DNA of 64,000 bases from Tubiluchus corallicola (GCA_030141605.1 JAQGDQ010000226.1:248001-312000), one strand, 5' to 3'; shown: positions 12,492 to 26,040, counted from the first letter of the stretch. A program made the numbers and translations. The notes: generated by a model not told the origin, from the sequence alone.

Positions 12492-13382
12492 ATGAACTCG
12501 ACTTCGTTTTTGATTGATTTTACTGCAGTAAATTTAACGGAAGACGAGGCCACTTTTTTGGCCAAAAACGAGATAGTGATAAAAGCCTTGCTGTTCACGA
12601 TTATGAGCATTGCTATAACTGCAGGAAATTTGTTAGTTCTGATGGCAGTTTATAAGATTCCTCGTTTGCAAACTAAAACAAATGTTCTCATTGCATCACT
12701 TGCAGTAACTGACTTACTTGTTGGTTTATCAATGCCTGTAGAGATTACTGCATTGTTGTATCCGGTTCTGAAATCAAATGCAGTATTTGTAGTGGTGCAG
12801 CACGTATTTGAATTGGGATTGATATATGCAAGCACTTTTCACCTGTGTCTGATAGCAGCTGAAAGATACATAGCTGTTGTTCATCCATTCAAGTATCACA
12901 CCATCATGAGAAAAGAAGCCATTGTTGCTGCACTTTGCATTACTTGGATTGTTGCTTTCATTGAGGCAGTTATTAATGATATCATCAGAATCATTTTCAA
13001 AGCACAGAGTCTTTTGATTCTTGATGATATTTTAGCATTTTATTTACCAATGTTCTCGATTCTTGTACTATATGTCCTAATTTGGAAAACTGCAAGAAGG
13101 CACGTTTTACAGATACACAGTCAGTATCAGGGAAGCCAGGCAAACATGATGCAAATGAAAGCAACAAAAACTTTAGCCATTGTTACCTTTGCTTTTCTAG
13201 GATGTTGGGGACCTGAGTATGTGTATGAGACGTTTTGTTACATATTTTCTTATGAAGAGGAATATACTAGTACGATATCGATGCCATTTGCAATTGGATT
13301 AACCAACAGTGCCGTTAATCCAATTATATACGCATTTTCTAATACTGACTTTAAAATGGCTTTCAAGGAAATTTTGTTTTGA
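12492..13382 (+). CDS. Intronless class A GPCR (R5)
   Basis: 296 aa; GN, LAVTD, ERY, FYLP, CWGP and NPIIY motifs. Confidence 0.92.
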   Translation: MNSTSFLIDFTAVNLTEDEATFLAKNEIVIKALLFTIMSIAITAGNLLVLMAVYKIPRLQTKTNVLIASLAVTDLLVGLSMPVEITALLYPVLKSNAVFVVVQHVFELGLIYASTFHLCLIAAERYIAVVHPFKYHTIMRKEAIVAALCITWIVAFIEAVINDIIRIIFKAQSLLILDDILAFYLPMFSILVLYVLIWKTARRHVLQIHSQYQGSQANMMQMKATKTLAIVTFAFLGCWGPEYVYETFCYIFSYEEEYTSTISMPFAIGLTNSAVNPIIYAFSNTDFKMAFKEILF

Positions 13383-14097
13383 CAAACAGTGTCAGAAAAT
13401 TGCGTTAATCACATGCAACTAACATTCCTAACATAGAATGTACATGTAAACAGCATTTTTGAATAGGAATAGATAAACACATTCTTGAGGCAAGTGGTTA
13501 TTATATGTGCTTAGCAACCATTTAAGCAATGTTGAGACTGTCTAGATTGATGGTGACTAGTTGCAGTACTTTAGTTCTTAGCAGTTCCATTTGTTAATAA
13601 ATGCATTACAGATGAATAAATATTTAAATGATGTCAACTGTAGTAATGTCAAAATGCAGACACTAGATTTAACAATTTTTGTATATAATGCCAAATAATG
13701 AGATTTTTCACAACCTCCAATGAAAATAGGGATAGTTTCTTGTTTAAACGTACTTATTTGTTTCCATTATCATCTGCAAAGCAGTTATGCTACTTGACAA
13801 AAGATTTTTCTCAATGTATTACAAACGTAAACCAGTTTTGTACTCAACTAGCTAGAGAAAATCTGTATAGTTTAAACAATTTCTTGATACATTAAATAAG
13901 AGTCTGTTATTGTGTTTAAACTATATATTGTATGTACTGTTGTATCTATCCTTATTGTATTGATAGTGGTATAATATATTGATATTGAACATGTTGTTAC
14001 AATTGGTTTTTTATCGTGTTCAATGAAATGTTTGCAGTAGGTAAAGTTTTACCTGTCTATTCTGATCAGAAATGAAAAGGAATGAAAGGAAGTTTGC

Positions 14098-14590
14098 CCA
14101 GGTGTGGTAATACGTACACATTTCAGACACCTAACTGTTGAAGCATTAAAGTAGTCTTTGGACAATAGTTTCACAGGTGGGATGATACGTACACATTTCA
14201 GACACCTAACTGTTGAAGTGCTAAAGTAGTCATTGGACAATAGTTTCACAGGTGTGGTAATACGTACACATTTCAGACACCTAACTGTTGAAGCCCTAAA
14301 GTAGTCTTTGGACAATAGTTTCACAGGTGGTATGATACGTACACATTTCAGACACCTAACTGTTGAAGTGCTAAAGTAGTCAATGGACAATAGTTTCACA
14401 GGTGTGATAATATGTACACATTTCAGACACCTAACTGTTGAAGCCCTAAAGTAGTCTTTAGACAATAGTTTCACAGGTGTGGTAATACGTACACATTTCA
14501 GACACCTAACTGTTGAAGCCCTAAAGTAGTCTGGACAATAGTTTAACGGGTGAGATAATACGTACATGTCACATGCATTAACTGTGGAAG
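14098..14590. repeat. 75-bp minisatellite, about 6-7 copies
   Basis: Period 75 (14101 to 14176); same unit as at 9373. Confidence 0.9.
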
Positions 14591-15215
14591 TGCTCTTTCA
14601 CATGGTACTTCGTTTTTGTGATTGGACAGTTGTTTCCTAGGTGCTGTAGGACGTGTTATGACTCGTGTATTTCACAAATATCTCAGACTTAAATCTGCAG
14701 GCCTGTGTACCTGTGTGTAATCTTTACCAGTGTACATAATTTTTTAATCCATCTTATTATTGGTTTTCGCCACTAACTCTCATTTATTGTTTGTCATTTA
14801 TTGTGCCCAACTAACTTTATAGACATTTTCATGTGTGAAATAAAATTGAAATTTAATTCAAAACTTACGTATTTGTGGTAATGTTTATTGTACGCATCTA
14901 TGAAGTACATCCAACCAGAAATCACACGTCATACACTTACTGCCTAAGCTAGAGAAAATTTATGGCCATCGTCTAACAATACATATTGGTCTTGCCTAAT
15001 AGCTGAAATGTTTTCCTGATCCAAAGTAAACTTGCAAAGTAAAGTGCAATTGTTCTGCCGGTGTGCTTTGTGTCTATAAAATTCTATGGCTAGAAACATT
15101 ATCATTGTGGTTTGTTAGTATAAATGACATTATATTGGATCTTTCGTGACAGGCGTGTTTATCAATGAAACTGCTCTGCTGTTGCAAACCTTTCTGACTT
15201 TTCGAATGCGATGCT

Positions 15216-16121
15216 ATGAACATGAATACGTCTTCGTTTTTGGTTGATTTTGCTACCATGAACACAACAGAAAGTGGGGTTACATTTTTAGCAAAGTCTG
15301 TGATTTCAATAAAAGTTGTGTTGCTAATACTATCTGGTATTGCTATAACAGCTGGAAACTTATTAGTTCTGATTGCAGTTTGTAAGATTCCTCGTTTACA
15401 AACTAAAACAAATGTTCTTGTTGCGTCTCTTGCTGTAACTGATATACTTGTTGGTTTGTCAACACCAGCGGAAGTGACCACAGCGTTGTATCCAGCTGTG
15501 TTGTCCAACCTAGTGTTTGTATCGGTGCTGAACATATTTGGACTTGGAATGGTGAATGCAAGTGCATTAAACCTGTGTCTGATAGCAGCTGAAAGATATG
15601 TGGCTATTGTTCATCCATTCAAGTATCACACCATCCTGAGAAAAGAAACCATTGTTGCTGCACTTTCCATTACTTGGATTTTTGCTTTAACTGAGGCTGT
15701 TATTTATGTTATTTTCAAATACATTTTGAATGTACAAAGTCTATTAATCGTTGATGTTACTGTAGCATTTTATTTACCAGTGCTAACGATTCTTGTGCTG
15801 TACACCCTAATTTGGAAAACTGCAAGAAGGCACGTCTTACAGATACATAGCCAAATTCAAGGAACCCAGGCAAATGTGATGCAGATGAAAGCAACAAAAA
15901 CTTTAGCCATCGTTACATTTGCTTTTCTGGTATGTTGGGGTCCCTGTTCTCTGTATCAGACAGTTTGTTATATATTGTCTTACGAAGAGAAATTTGTAAT
16001 AGTTGAATTTTTATATGTATTTGGATTTATCAACAGTGCCATTAATCCAATCGTGTATGCACTGTCTAGCACTGATTTTAGACAAGCTTTCAAAAAAATT
16101 GTGTTTTCACGTGAATTGTAA
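15216..16121 (+). CDS. Intronless class A GPCR (R6)
   Basis: 301 aa; all 7TM motifs present. Confidence 0.92.
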   Translation: MNMNTSSFLVDFATMNTTESGVTFLAKSVISIKVVLLILSGIAITAGNLLVLIAVCKIPRLQTKTNVLVASLAVTDILVGLSTPAEVTTALYPAVLSNLVFVSVLNIFGLGMVNASALNLCLIAAERYVAIVHPFKYHTILRKETIVAALSITWIFALTEAVIYVIFKYILNVQSLLIVDVTVAFYLPVLTILVLYTLIWKTARRHVLQIHSQIQGTQANVMQMKATKTLAIVTFAFLVCWGPCSLYQTVCYILSYEEKFVIVEFLYVFGFINSAINPIVYALSSTDFRQAFKKIVFSREL

Positions 16122-17021
16122 AACTTAATGCGAAAAACTTTCACAATTGTAAGACTTTCACGTGAATTGCTTTCATTTAATGATAACTGCGTTAGTAGCA
16201 TGAAACTGAGAAACCGCACAAGTGAGCAAAATTCTTCAAATAGAGCACACAATTGACCAAGTTTTTTGAAACGAACATCCAAGTAATGTCCCAAAGATGT
16301 GCTACAGAATTGAGCAATATTTTATGTGTAATAGATCGTCAGATTAATGAGCTTGATATAATGAAGCCGCCAAATAGTTTACACACACTTAGCAACATAT
16401 TTAAGTTGAACACACAGTGTCCATTTATAATAGTCTAAGGTTATAATGTTGTATGCATGTTTACTAAAACATTATTAATGCTCAGCATATCAACAGAACT
16501 AATCTTCCATGTTGCACAGTAGTTGCATTACATCGTTCTGCATGTGCACTTAGCGTTTATAAAGGGAAGGTTTGTTATCATAGCTATTATACTTTTTAAT
16601 GTATATAAGATCATGCTGTATCAATCATGTAATATAGTGCTGCTAACAATATAAATTACGACACCATATTTAATAATAATAAAAACTGACAGATTGATCA
16701 ATGCATAACAGATGGAAAAAATTAAATTTTATCAACTGTGTAGTAATGTCAAAATGCAGACGGTAAATTTCACAATTTGTGTATATAATGGTAATTATGA
16801 GCTTTTGCACAATCTACATTGAAAAAATAATGGTTTTTATATCTATACTATATACTGTGTGCACTGTTGTATCTGCTCTTGTTGTATTCATAGTGGTATA
16901 ATATATTGATAGTGAGCATGTTATTACAATTGGTTTTTGTATCGTGTTCGATGAAATGTTTGCAGTAGGTAATGTTTTACCTGCCAATTCTGATCAGAAA
17001 TGAAAAGAAATGAAATGAAAT

Positions 17022-17037
17022 NNNNNNNNNNNNNNNN
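17022..17037. other. Assembly gap (16 N) at the start of a 75-bp minisatellite array (17041-17170)
   Basis: Run of N bases directly visible. Confidence 0.98.
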
Positions 17038-18239
17038 TTACACAGGTGTGGTAATACGTACACATTTTAGACATCTAACTGTTGAAGTGCTAAAGTAGTC
17101 ATTGGACAGTAATTTCACAGGCGTGATAATATGTACACATTACTAGCATCTGACTGTTGAAGTGCCAAAGTACTCTTTCACGTAGCACTTCATTTTTGCA
17201 ATGGACAATTGTTTCACAGGTGCGCATAGTATTTATAAGAGGCTGTCCCACTTGTTTAGTCAACAAGCATGCTTCTGTCTTTGCAGCCATCAAAAGAAAT
17301 GTCATTAATTTTATTTGTTGTGACACAATAAACACAGTCATGTATGAGACTTAATCAGACTTTTCAATCATTGGTACAATATTAGTTTGAAACGAATTTA
17401 CCATATTTGGTGATTTTGTAACATTTGTCGTATGTGACTTCTTACTCTTAATGAATTTAAAGTCACATATAACAATTGTATGAGGAAATTGTTTTCACTA
17501 TCTTACCAGTGCAAAGGAAACGACGGGAGATTTTGCTGTTCCTGATTTTGATGTGTTACTAAGAAAATATTCATTTTCCGTAAAATCATGTCTTGAAACA
17601 TGATAACACCAGTCCAAGATGCTTCAGGCTATCTGATGTATGTTGTACTTGTAAATTTCACAGCAGCAGGACATGTGTTATGACTCGTGTATTTCACAAA
17701 TCTCTCAGACTTACTTAAATCTGCAGGCCTATGTGTAATCTTTACCTGTGTACATAATATTTTAATCTATTAATCTTATAATTGGTTTTAACCACTAGCT
17801 CTCATTTATCTTTTATCGTTTACTGTGTCCAACTAACTTTAAGGACGTTTTCATGTGTGAAATAAAATTGAAATTGAATTCAAAACTTACGTAGGTGTGG
17901 TAATGTTTATTGTATGCATCTATGAAGTACATCCAACCAGAAATCACACGTCATACACTTACTGTCTAAGCTAGAGAAAATTTATGGCCACCGTCTAACA
18001 AAACATTTTGGTCTTGCCTAATAGCGGAATTGTTTTCGTGATCCAAAGTAAACTTGCAAAGTAAAGTGCAGTTGTTCTGCCGGTGTGCTTTGTGTCTATA
18101 AAATTCTATGGCTAGAAACATTATCATTGTGGCTTGTTAATATAAATGACATTATATTGGAACTTTTGTGACAGGTGTGTTTATCAATGAAAATGCTCTG
18201 CGGTTGCAAACCTTTCTGACTTTTTTCAAATGCGATGCT

Positions 18240-19121
18240 ATGATTGATTTTGCTACCATGAACACAACCGAAAGTGGGGTTACATTTTTAACAAAGTCTG
18301 TGATTTCAATAAAAGTTCTGCTGCTAATACTATTAGGTGTTGCTATAATAGCTGGAAACTTATTAGTTCTGATTGCAGTTTGTAAGATTCCTCGTTTGCA
18401 AACTAAAACAAATGTTCTTGTTGCGTCTCTTGCTGTAACTGATTTACTTGTTGGTTTATCGACACCAGCAGAATTGACCACAGTGTTGTATCCAGCTGTG
18501 TTGTCAAACCAAGTCTTTGTACTGGTACTGTACATATCTGAAGTTGGAATGGTGAATGCAAGTGCATTAAACTTGTGTCTGATAGCAGCTGAAAGATATG
18601 TGGCTGTTGTTCATTCATTCAAGTATCACACCATCGTGAGAAAAGAAGCCATTGTTGCCGCAGTTTCCATTACTTGGATTGCTGCGTTAAGCGTGGCAGC
18701 GGTTTGTGTTATTTTCACAACCATTTTCAATAAACGTGTTCTGTTATTTGTCGATGCCACTTTAGCATTTTATTTACCTGTGTTTACGATTTTTGTACTG
18801 TATGTCCTTATTTGGAGAACTGCAAGAAGGCACGTCTTGCAGATACATAGTCAAGGTCAAGGAAGCCAGGCAAACGTTATGCACATGAAAGCAACAAAAA
18901 CTTTAGCCATTGTTACCTTTGCTTTTCTGGTATGTTGGGGTCCCTCTTCTCTGTATCAGACAGTTCGTTATATATTGTCTTACGAACTTAAATATGAAAT
19001 AGTTGAGTTTTTATATGTATTTGGATTTATCAACAGTGCCATTAATCCAATCGTGTATGCACTGTCTAGCACTGATTTTAGATGGGCTTTCAAAAAAATG
19101 TTACTTTCACATGAATTGTAA
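18240..19121 (+). CDS. Intronless class A GPCR (R7), with a short N-terminal deletion
   Basis: All 7TM motifs present; first ATG at 18240 (MIDFATMNTT). Confidence 0.88.
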   Translation: MIDFATMNTTESGVTFLTKSVISIKVLLLILLGVAIIAGNLLVLIAVCKIPRLQTKTNVLVASLAVTDLLVGLSTPAELTTVLYPAVLSNQVFVLVLYISEVGMVNASALNLCLIAAERYVAVVHSFKYHTIVRKEAIVAAVSITWIAALSVAAVCVIFTTIFNKRVLLFVDATLAFYLPVFTIFVLYVLIWRTARRHVLQIHSQGQGSQANVMHMKATKTLAIVTFAFLVCWGPSSLYQTVRYILSYELKYEIVEFLYVFGFINSAINPIVYALSSTDFRWAFKKMLLSHEL

Positions 19122-19453
19122 AACTTAATGCGAAAAACTTTCACGTGAATTGCTTTCAGAAGGTGTGTTATCATAGCTATTATGCGTTTTAATGTATATA
19201 ACATCATGCTGTATCAATACTGCATGAGAATGACCATTTTATCGTTTATATATGTTGTGTTTGTTTCTATCAACCTTGCACATGCTACCATGCATGGCCA
19301 TTTTCAGATTTGCCATAGCTGGCTTTGTAGTGACAAGTAATATAAACAGTCGCGGTTGGTAACTTGTTCTGTTTTTGTAGTAAAAATTTGTAGGTCTCTA
19401 CACTTGCTTGAAGGTCTGACTTTTATTGATGACACCTAAAAAGTTCTCTGATC

Positions 19454-19810
19454 ATGAACTCGACTTCGTTTTTGGTTGATTTTACTGCAGTAAATTTAAC
19501 GGAAGACGAGACTAGTTTTTTGGCCAAAAACGAGATAGTGATAAACGTCTTGCTGTTCACGATTGCGAGCATTGCTATACTTGTGAGCATTTACTTGTTG
19601 CTTTATCAACACCAGCAGAAGTGACCACAGTGTTGTATCCAGCTGTGGCATCAAACCAAGTGTTTGTATTGGTGCTGTACGTATTTTTGCATGGAATGTT
19701 GAATGCAAGTGCATTAAACTTGTATGTGATAGCAACTGAGAGATATATAGCTGTTGTTCATCCATTCAAGTATCACACATTTGTGGGAAAAGATGCCGTT
19801 GTTGTGGCAG
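19454..19810 (+). pseudogene. Chimeric GPCR pseudogene (R5-type N-terminus joined to R3-type TM2-TM3)
   Basis: MNSTSFLVDFTAVNLTEDE.., then a deletion into ..STPAEVTTVLYPA..ERY..HPFKYH; truncated at ~19810. Confidence 0.82.
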
Positions 19811-20550
19811 CAGTCCTGAAAGTATTGCCCTTATGTGCTTCTACGTGATAACCTTCGGTATATGTGCTATGTTCGTGTGACTGGAAGACAACAATATGCT
19901 GACATATTTGCTTCATGAATTATGTATGGTGGCAGAATGCACTTGGGATCAATGTAAGCAGATTTAACTCAAGACATGGAAAAAATATTAACTGCATCAA
20001 CTTGGGAAAAAACAGGAAGACATAAATTAGCCTTCTTTCTGTGACATCACAATCTAATACTGAGTAATCACATTGCATATCTCTCTGTGGATTCAATTTC
20101 ACCAGCACACCTGTAGGAAAATTGAGTTTGCGTAGGTGTGATAATAAAGTTATTATATGTGTATAATTACTTAAAAGTTTGCGTGATGAAAGCAGAGCAG
20201 ACTCGCTTGTTGCGCTTCCTTTTATTGCAGAATTTTCAGCAGGTGCACTTAGTGTCAGTAAACAGAAATATTGTTATCCTTTCTATAATGCATTTTTATG
20301 TAAACATTGCACCAATGCAGTGTGAGAATAACCAATAATACTTATTGTGCTGACCTTTCAGCCACATTTTACTCTGTGTTTTATTGGTATTGTAAATGTT
20401 TGTTAAACTAAGCTAATCGCTCCTTAATATGCTTGTTCTGTCTTTTATGATTTAAAGTTGTCGTGCTCTACACTTGCATGCAGTCTTGACTTTCGTCTTT
20501 AACGTAACGACAAAACGTAACGTACTTTTAACATAAAAACTACTGTGATC

Positions 20551-21432
20551 ATGGATTCAAATATATTTCCAGATGATTTCGCTACAACAAATGTAACAGA
20601 AAATGAGACCACGCGCGAGGTGGTGATAAAAGTCCTGATGTTCACGATTATCAGCATTGCCATAACTGCAGGAAACTTGTTAGTTCTGATTGCAGTTTAT
20701 AAAATTCCTCGTTTGCAGACTAAAACAAATGTTCTCGTTGCATCACTTGCAGTAACTGATTTACTAGTTGGTTTATCAATGCCAGCAGAAATTGCTGCTG
20801 TATCGTATCCACCGTTGAGAGCAAATGCAGCATTTGTAGTGGTGCAGCACATATTTGAATTGGGATTGATATATGCAAGCATGTTTCACCTGTGTCTGAT
20901 AGCAGCTGAAAGATACATAGCTGTTGTTCATCCATTCATGTATCACACCATCATGAGAAAAGAAGCCATTGTTGCTGCACTTTGCATTACATGGATTGTT
21001 GCTTTTATTGAGGCAGTTATTAATGATATCATCAGAATCATCTTCAAAGCACAGAGTCTTTTGATTCTTGATGATATTTTAGCATTTTATTTACCAATGT
21101 TCACGATTCTTGTACTGTATGTTGTAATTTGGAGAACTGCAAGAAGGCACGTTTTACAGATACACAGTCAGTATCAGGGCAGCCAGCCCAACGTGATGCA
21201 AATGAAAGCAACAAAAACTTTAGCCATTGTTACCGTTGCTTTCCTGGCGTGTTGGGGACCTGGGTATGTGTATGAGACGTTTATTTACATATTTTCTTAC
21301 GAAAAGACACGTAATAAAACCATATTAACTGTCATATTTGCACTTGGATTAGTCAACAGTGCTCTTAATCCAATGATATATGCATTTTCTAATACTGACT
21401 TTAAAATGGCTTTCAAAGAAATTTTGTTTTGA
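20551..21432 (+). CDS. Intronless class A GPCR (R8)
   Basis: All 7TM motifs present; close to R5 from TM2 to TM6. Confidence 0.92.
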   Translation: MDSNIFPDDFATTNVTENETTREVVIKVLMFTIISIAITAGNLLVLIAVYKIPRLQTKTNVLVASLAVTDLLVGLSMPAEIAAVSYPPLRANAAFVVVQHIFELGLIYASMFHLCLIAAERYIAVVHPFMYHTIMRKEAIVAALCITWIVAFIEAVINDIIRIIFKAQSLLILDDILAFYLPMFTILVLYVVIWRTARRHVLQIHSQYQGSQPNVMQMKATKTLAIVTVAFLACWGPGYVYETFIYIFSYEKTRNKTILTVIFALGLVNSALNPMIYAFSNTDFKMAFKEILF

Positions 21433-22061
21433 GAAACAGTGTTAGAAAATCTCATTAACACACACATGCAACTAACATAGAACGCATTGGTAACCAACAT
21501 TTTTTGAATAGGAATAGATAACCGAACACGTTCTTGAGGCAAGTGGTTATTATATGTGCTTAGCAACCATTTAAGCAATGTTGAGGCTGTCAGTAGATTA
21601 ATGGTAAGTACTTTCAGTACCCTAACTCTTAATCGTTTCATTTTGAGCTTGTAGTGTCCCGAATCATGTAATAAGCTACTAACAATATAAATTACAGCAC
21701 CATATTTAATAATAGTAAAAACTGACAGATTGATCAATGCATAACAGATGGAAAAAATTTAATTTTATCAACTGTGTAGTAATGTCAAAATGCAGATAGT
21801 AAATTTCACAATTATTTGTATATAATGGTAATTATGAGCTTTTGCACAATCTACATTGAAATAATAATGGTTTTTGTATCTATACTATATACTGTGTGCA
21901 CTATTGTATCTGCTCTTGTTGTAATCATAGTGGTATAATATATTGATACTGAGCATGTTATTACAATTGGTTTTTGTTTCGTGTTCAATGAAATGTTTGC
22001 AGTAGGTAATGTTTTACCTGCCAATTCTGATCAGAAATGAAAAGAAATGAAATGAAATTTT

Positions 22062-22940
22062 CACAGGTGTGGTAATACATACACATTTCAGACATCTAAC
22101 TGTTGAAGTGCTAAAGTAGTCAAGGGACAATAGTTTCACAGGTGTGGTAATACATACACATTTCAGACACCTAACTGTTGAAGTGCTAAAGTAGTCATTG
22201 GACAGTAGTTTCATAGGTGTGGTAATACATACACATTTCAGACATCTAACTGTTGAAGTGCTAAAGTAGTCAAGGGACAGTAGTTTCATAGGTGTGGTAA
22301 TACATACACATTTCAGACATCTAACTGTTGAAGTGCTATAGTAGTCAAGGGACAATAGTTTCACAGGTGTGGTAATGCATACACATTTCAGACATCTAAC
22401 TGTTGAAGTGCTAAAGTAGTCAAGGGACAATAGTTTCACAGGTGTGGTAATACGTACACATTTCAGGCGCCCAAATGTTGAAGTGCTAAAGTAGTCATTG
22501 GACAATAGTTTCACAGGTGTGATATTATTCACATTACAGGCACCTAACTGTTGAAGTGCTAAAGTAGTCATTGGACAGTAGTTTCATAGGTGTGGTAATA
22601 CGTACACATTTCAGACACCTAACTGATGAAGTGCTGAAGTAGTCATTGCACAATAGTTTCATAGGTGTGGTAATACATACACATTTCAGGCGCCTAATTG
22701 TTGAAGTGCTAAAGTAGTCATTGGACAATAGTTTCACAGGTGTGGTAATACATACCCATTTTAGACACCTAACTGTTGAAGTGCTAAAGTAGTCAAGGGA
22801 CAGTAGTTTCACAGGTGTGGTAATACGTACACATTTCAAACACCTAATTCTTGAAGTGCTAAAGTAGTCAAGGGACAGTAATTTCACAGGCTGTGATAAT
22901 ATGTACACATTACTAGCATCTAACTGTCGAAGTGCCAAAG
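22062..22940. repeat. 75-bp minisatellite, about 12 copies
   Basis: Same unit as at 9373 and 14098. Confidence 0.92.
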
Positions 22941-23995
22941 TACTCTTTCACGTAGCACTTCATTCTTGCAATGAACAATTGTTTCACAGGTGTGCATAGT
23001 GTTTATAAGATGCTGTCCCACTAGTTTAGTCAACAAGCATGCTTCTGTCTTTGCAGCCATCAAAAGAAATGTCATTAATTTTATTTGTTGTGACACAATA
23101 AACACAGTCATGTATGAGACTTAATCAGACTTTTCAATCATCGGGACCATATTAGTTTGAAACAAATTTACCAGATTTGGTGATTTTATGTGACTTCTTA
23201 CTCTTAATGAATTTAAAGTCACGTATAACAATTGTATGAGGAAATTGTTTTCACTATCTTACCAGTGCAAAGGAAATGACGGGAGATTTTGCTGTTCCTG
23301 ATTTTGATGTGTTACTAAGAAAATATTCATTTTCCATCAAACCATGCCTTGAAACATGTGATAACGCCGTCCGAGATGCTTCAGGCTATCTGATGTATGT
23401 TGTACTTGTAAACTTCACAGCAGATGGTAGGAGATATATTATAACTCGTGTATTTCACAAATCTCTCAGACTTAAATCTGCAGACCTATGTGTAATCTTT
23501 ATCTGTGTACATAATTTTTTAATCTATTAATCTTATAATTGGTTTTAGCCACTAACTTTTATTTATCTTTTATCATTTGCTGTGTCCAACTAACGTTTAG
23601 GACATTTTCATGTGTGAAATAAAATTGAAATTTAATTCAAAACTTACGTAGGTGTGGTAATGTTTATTGTATGCATCTACGAAGTCATCCAGCCAGAAAT
23701 CAGATGTCATACACCTACTGTCTAAGCTAGAGAAAATTTATGGCTACCGTCTAACAATACATATTGGTCTTGCCTAATAGCTAAAATGTTTTCGTGATCC
23801 AAAGTAAATTTGCAAAGTAAAGTGCATTTATTCTACTGGTGTGCTTTGTGTCTATAAAACTCCATGGCTAGAAACATTATCATTGTGGCTTGTTAATATA
23901 AATAACATTATATTAGATCTTTCGTGACAGGTGTGTTTATCAATGAAAATGCTCTGCTGTTGCAAACCTTTCTGACTTTTTTTGAATGCGATGCT

Positions 23996-24976
23996 ATGAA
24001 CATGAATACGTCTTCGTTTTTGGTTGATTTTGCTACCATGAACACAACAGAAAGTGGGGTTACATTTTTCGCAAAGTCTGTGATTTCAATAAAGGTTCTG
24101 CTGCTAATACTATTAGGTATTGCTATAATAGCTGGAAACTTATTAGTTCTGATTGCAGTTTGTAAGTTTCCCCGTTTACAAACTAAAACAAATGTTCTTG
24201 TTGCGTCTCTTGCTGTAACTGATTTACCTGTTGGTTTATCAACACCAGCGGAAGTGATCACAGTGTTGTATCCATCTGTGTTGTCAAACCAAGTGTTTTT
24301 GTTGGTGCTGTACATATTTGAACTTGGAATGGTGAATGCAAGTGCATTAAACTTGTGTCTGATAGCAGCTGAAAGATATGTTGCTGTTGTTCATCCATTC
24401 AAGTATCACACCATCGTGAGAAAAGAAGCCATTGTTGCCGCACTTTCCATTACTTGGATTTTTGCTTTAACTGTGGCAGCTATTTATGTTATTTTCGTAT
24501 ACATTTTTAATGTACAAAGTCTATCAATCGTTGATGCTACTGTGTCATTTTATTTACCAGTGCTAACGATTCTTGTGCTCTATGCCCTAATTTGGAAAAC
24601 GGCAAGAAGGCACGTCTTGCAGATACACAGTCAAGGTCAAGAAAGCCAGGCAAACGTGATGCAGATGAAAGCAACAAAAACTTTAGCCATTGTTACCTTT
24701 GCTTTTCTGGTATGTTGGGGTCCCTTTTCTCTGTATCAGACAGTTTGTTATATATTGTCTTACGAAGAGAAATATGAAATAGATGAGTTTTTATATATAT
24801 TTGGATTTATCAACAGTGCCATTAATCCAATCGTGTATGCACTGTCTAGCACTGATTTTAGATGGGCTTTCAAAAAACTTGTGTTTTCACGTAAATTGTC
24901 CCATAATTTCGTTAGTAGCATGAAACTGAGAAACCGCACAAGTGAGCAAAATTCTTCAAATAGAGCACACAGTTGA
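23996..24976 (+). CDS. Intronless class A GPCR (R9), long C-tail form
   Basis: All 7TM motifs present; L-to-P change in TM2 (DLPVG). Confidence 0.88.
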   Translation: MNMNTSSFLVDFATMNTTESGVTFFAKSVISIKVLLLILLGIAIIAGNLLVLIAVCKFPRLQTKTNVLVASLAVTDLPVGLSTPAEVITVLYPSVLSNQVFLLVLYIFELGMVNASALNLCLIAAERYVAVVHPFKYHTIVRKEAIVAALSITWIFALTVAAIYVIFVYIFNVQSLSIVDATVSFYLPVLTILVLYALIWKTARRHVLQIHSQGQESQANVMQMKATKTLAIVTFAFLVCWGPFSLYQTVCYILSYEEKYEIDEFLYIFGFINSAINPIVYALSSTDFRWAFKKLVFSRKLSHNFVSSMKLRNRTSEQNSSNRAHS

Positions 24977-25081
24977 CCAAGTTTTTTGAAGCCAACATCC
25001 AAGTAATGTTCCAAAGATGTGCTACAAAATTGAGTAACATCTTATGTGTAATAGATAGTCAGATTAACGTGCTTGATATAA

Positions 25082-25659
25082 TGATGCAGAATTTGGAATG
25101 ATGAATGCAAGTTCTTTTCATCTGTGCCTGATAGCTACTGAAAGATACATATCTGTTGTTCATCTGTTCAAGTATCACACCCTCATGAGAAAAGAAGCCA
25201 TTGTTGCTGCACTTTGCATTACTTGGACTTTAGCTTTAATTCAGGCTGTTATTAATATTATATTGAGATTTATGTTTAAGATGCAGAGTATGATAATTCT
25301 TGACAATATTTTAGTCTTTTATTTACCAGTGCTTATGATTCTTGTGCTGTATGCCCTAATTTGGAGAACTGCAAGAAGACACGTCTTACAGTTACACAGT
25401 CAAGGTCATGGAAGCCAGGCAGATATAATGCAGATGAAAGCAACAAAAACCCTAGTCATCATTACCTTCACCTTTGTGGTTTTTGGGGCCCCACATGTCT
25501 GCATGACACTTTTATTTATATGATGTCTTATACAAGGAAATATTACAAAACAACGCAGATTCTATACGCACTTGCACTTATATCAATAATGCTGTTAATC
25601 CAATCATATATTGTTCTAGCAGCGACTTTAAAATGGCTTTCAAGAGCATTTCGTTTTGA
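25082..25659 (+). pseudogene. 5'-truncated GPCR pseudogene, TM3-TM7
   Basis: Starts mid-TM3; frameshift just before WGP; degraded TM7. Confidence 0.85.
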
Positions 25660-26040
25660 CAGACATTGTCACGGAATTGCATTAATCACACTCAACCGAA
25701 CAACATTCCAATATTTTTGAATTGAATTGAACAACAAACTAAAATTTTTGAAGTGAAGCAAATGGCTTAATACCATTCTTGAAATTCAACTACGTTCTAC
25801 AGGTTGCATTGCCAGTGTAGTATGTGCATGTGTATTATTTACATGTATATTTATATACGTATGCACATGGTTTTGCTGTCACTACTTCATTTACATTCAA
25901 GCTGCCTTAGCTAGACAAGACCATCAGCAATCGGGGTGTCCTCACAGCTGCCAGAGGAAGAAATTTCACTTGTTCATTGAAACAATACTGTTAAAGTCAA
26001 ATGTGAAAGTTTGTCAGAATTTGCACTATTACTCAAATTA

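Noticed and set aside
9373-22940. Minus-strand ORFs with 25-aa CxxC repeats (STVRCLKCV..) at 9474, 14049, 22014 and 22534
   Set aside because: They are translations of the 75-bp minisatellite (a multiple of 3). Frames break between units and there is no gene structure.
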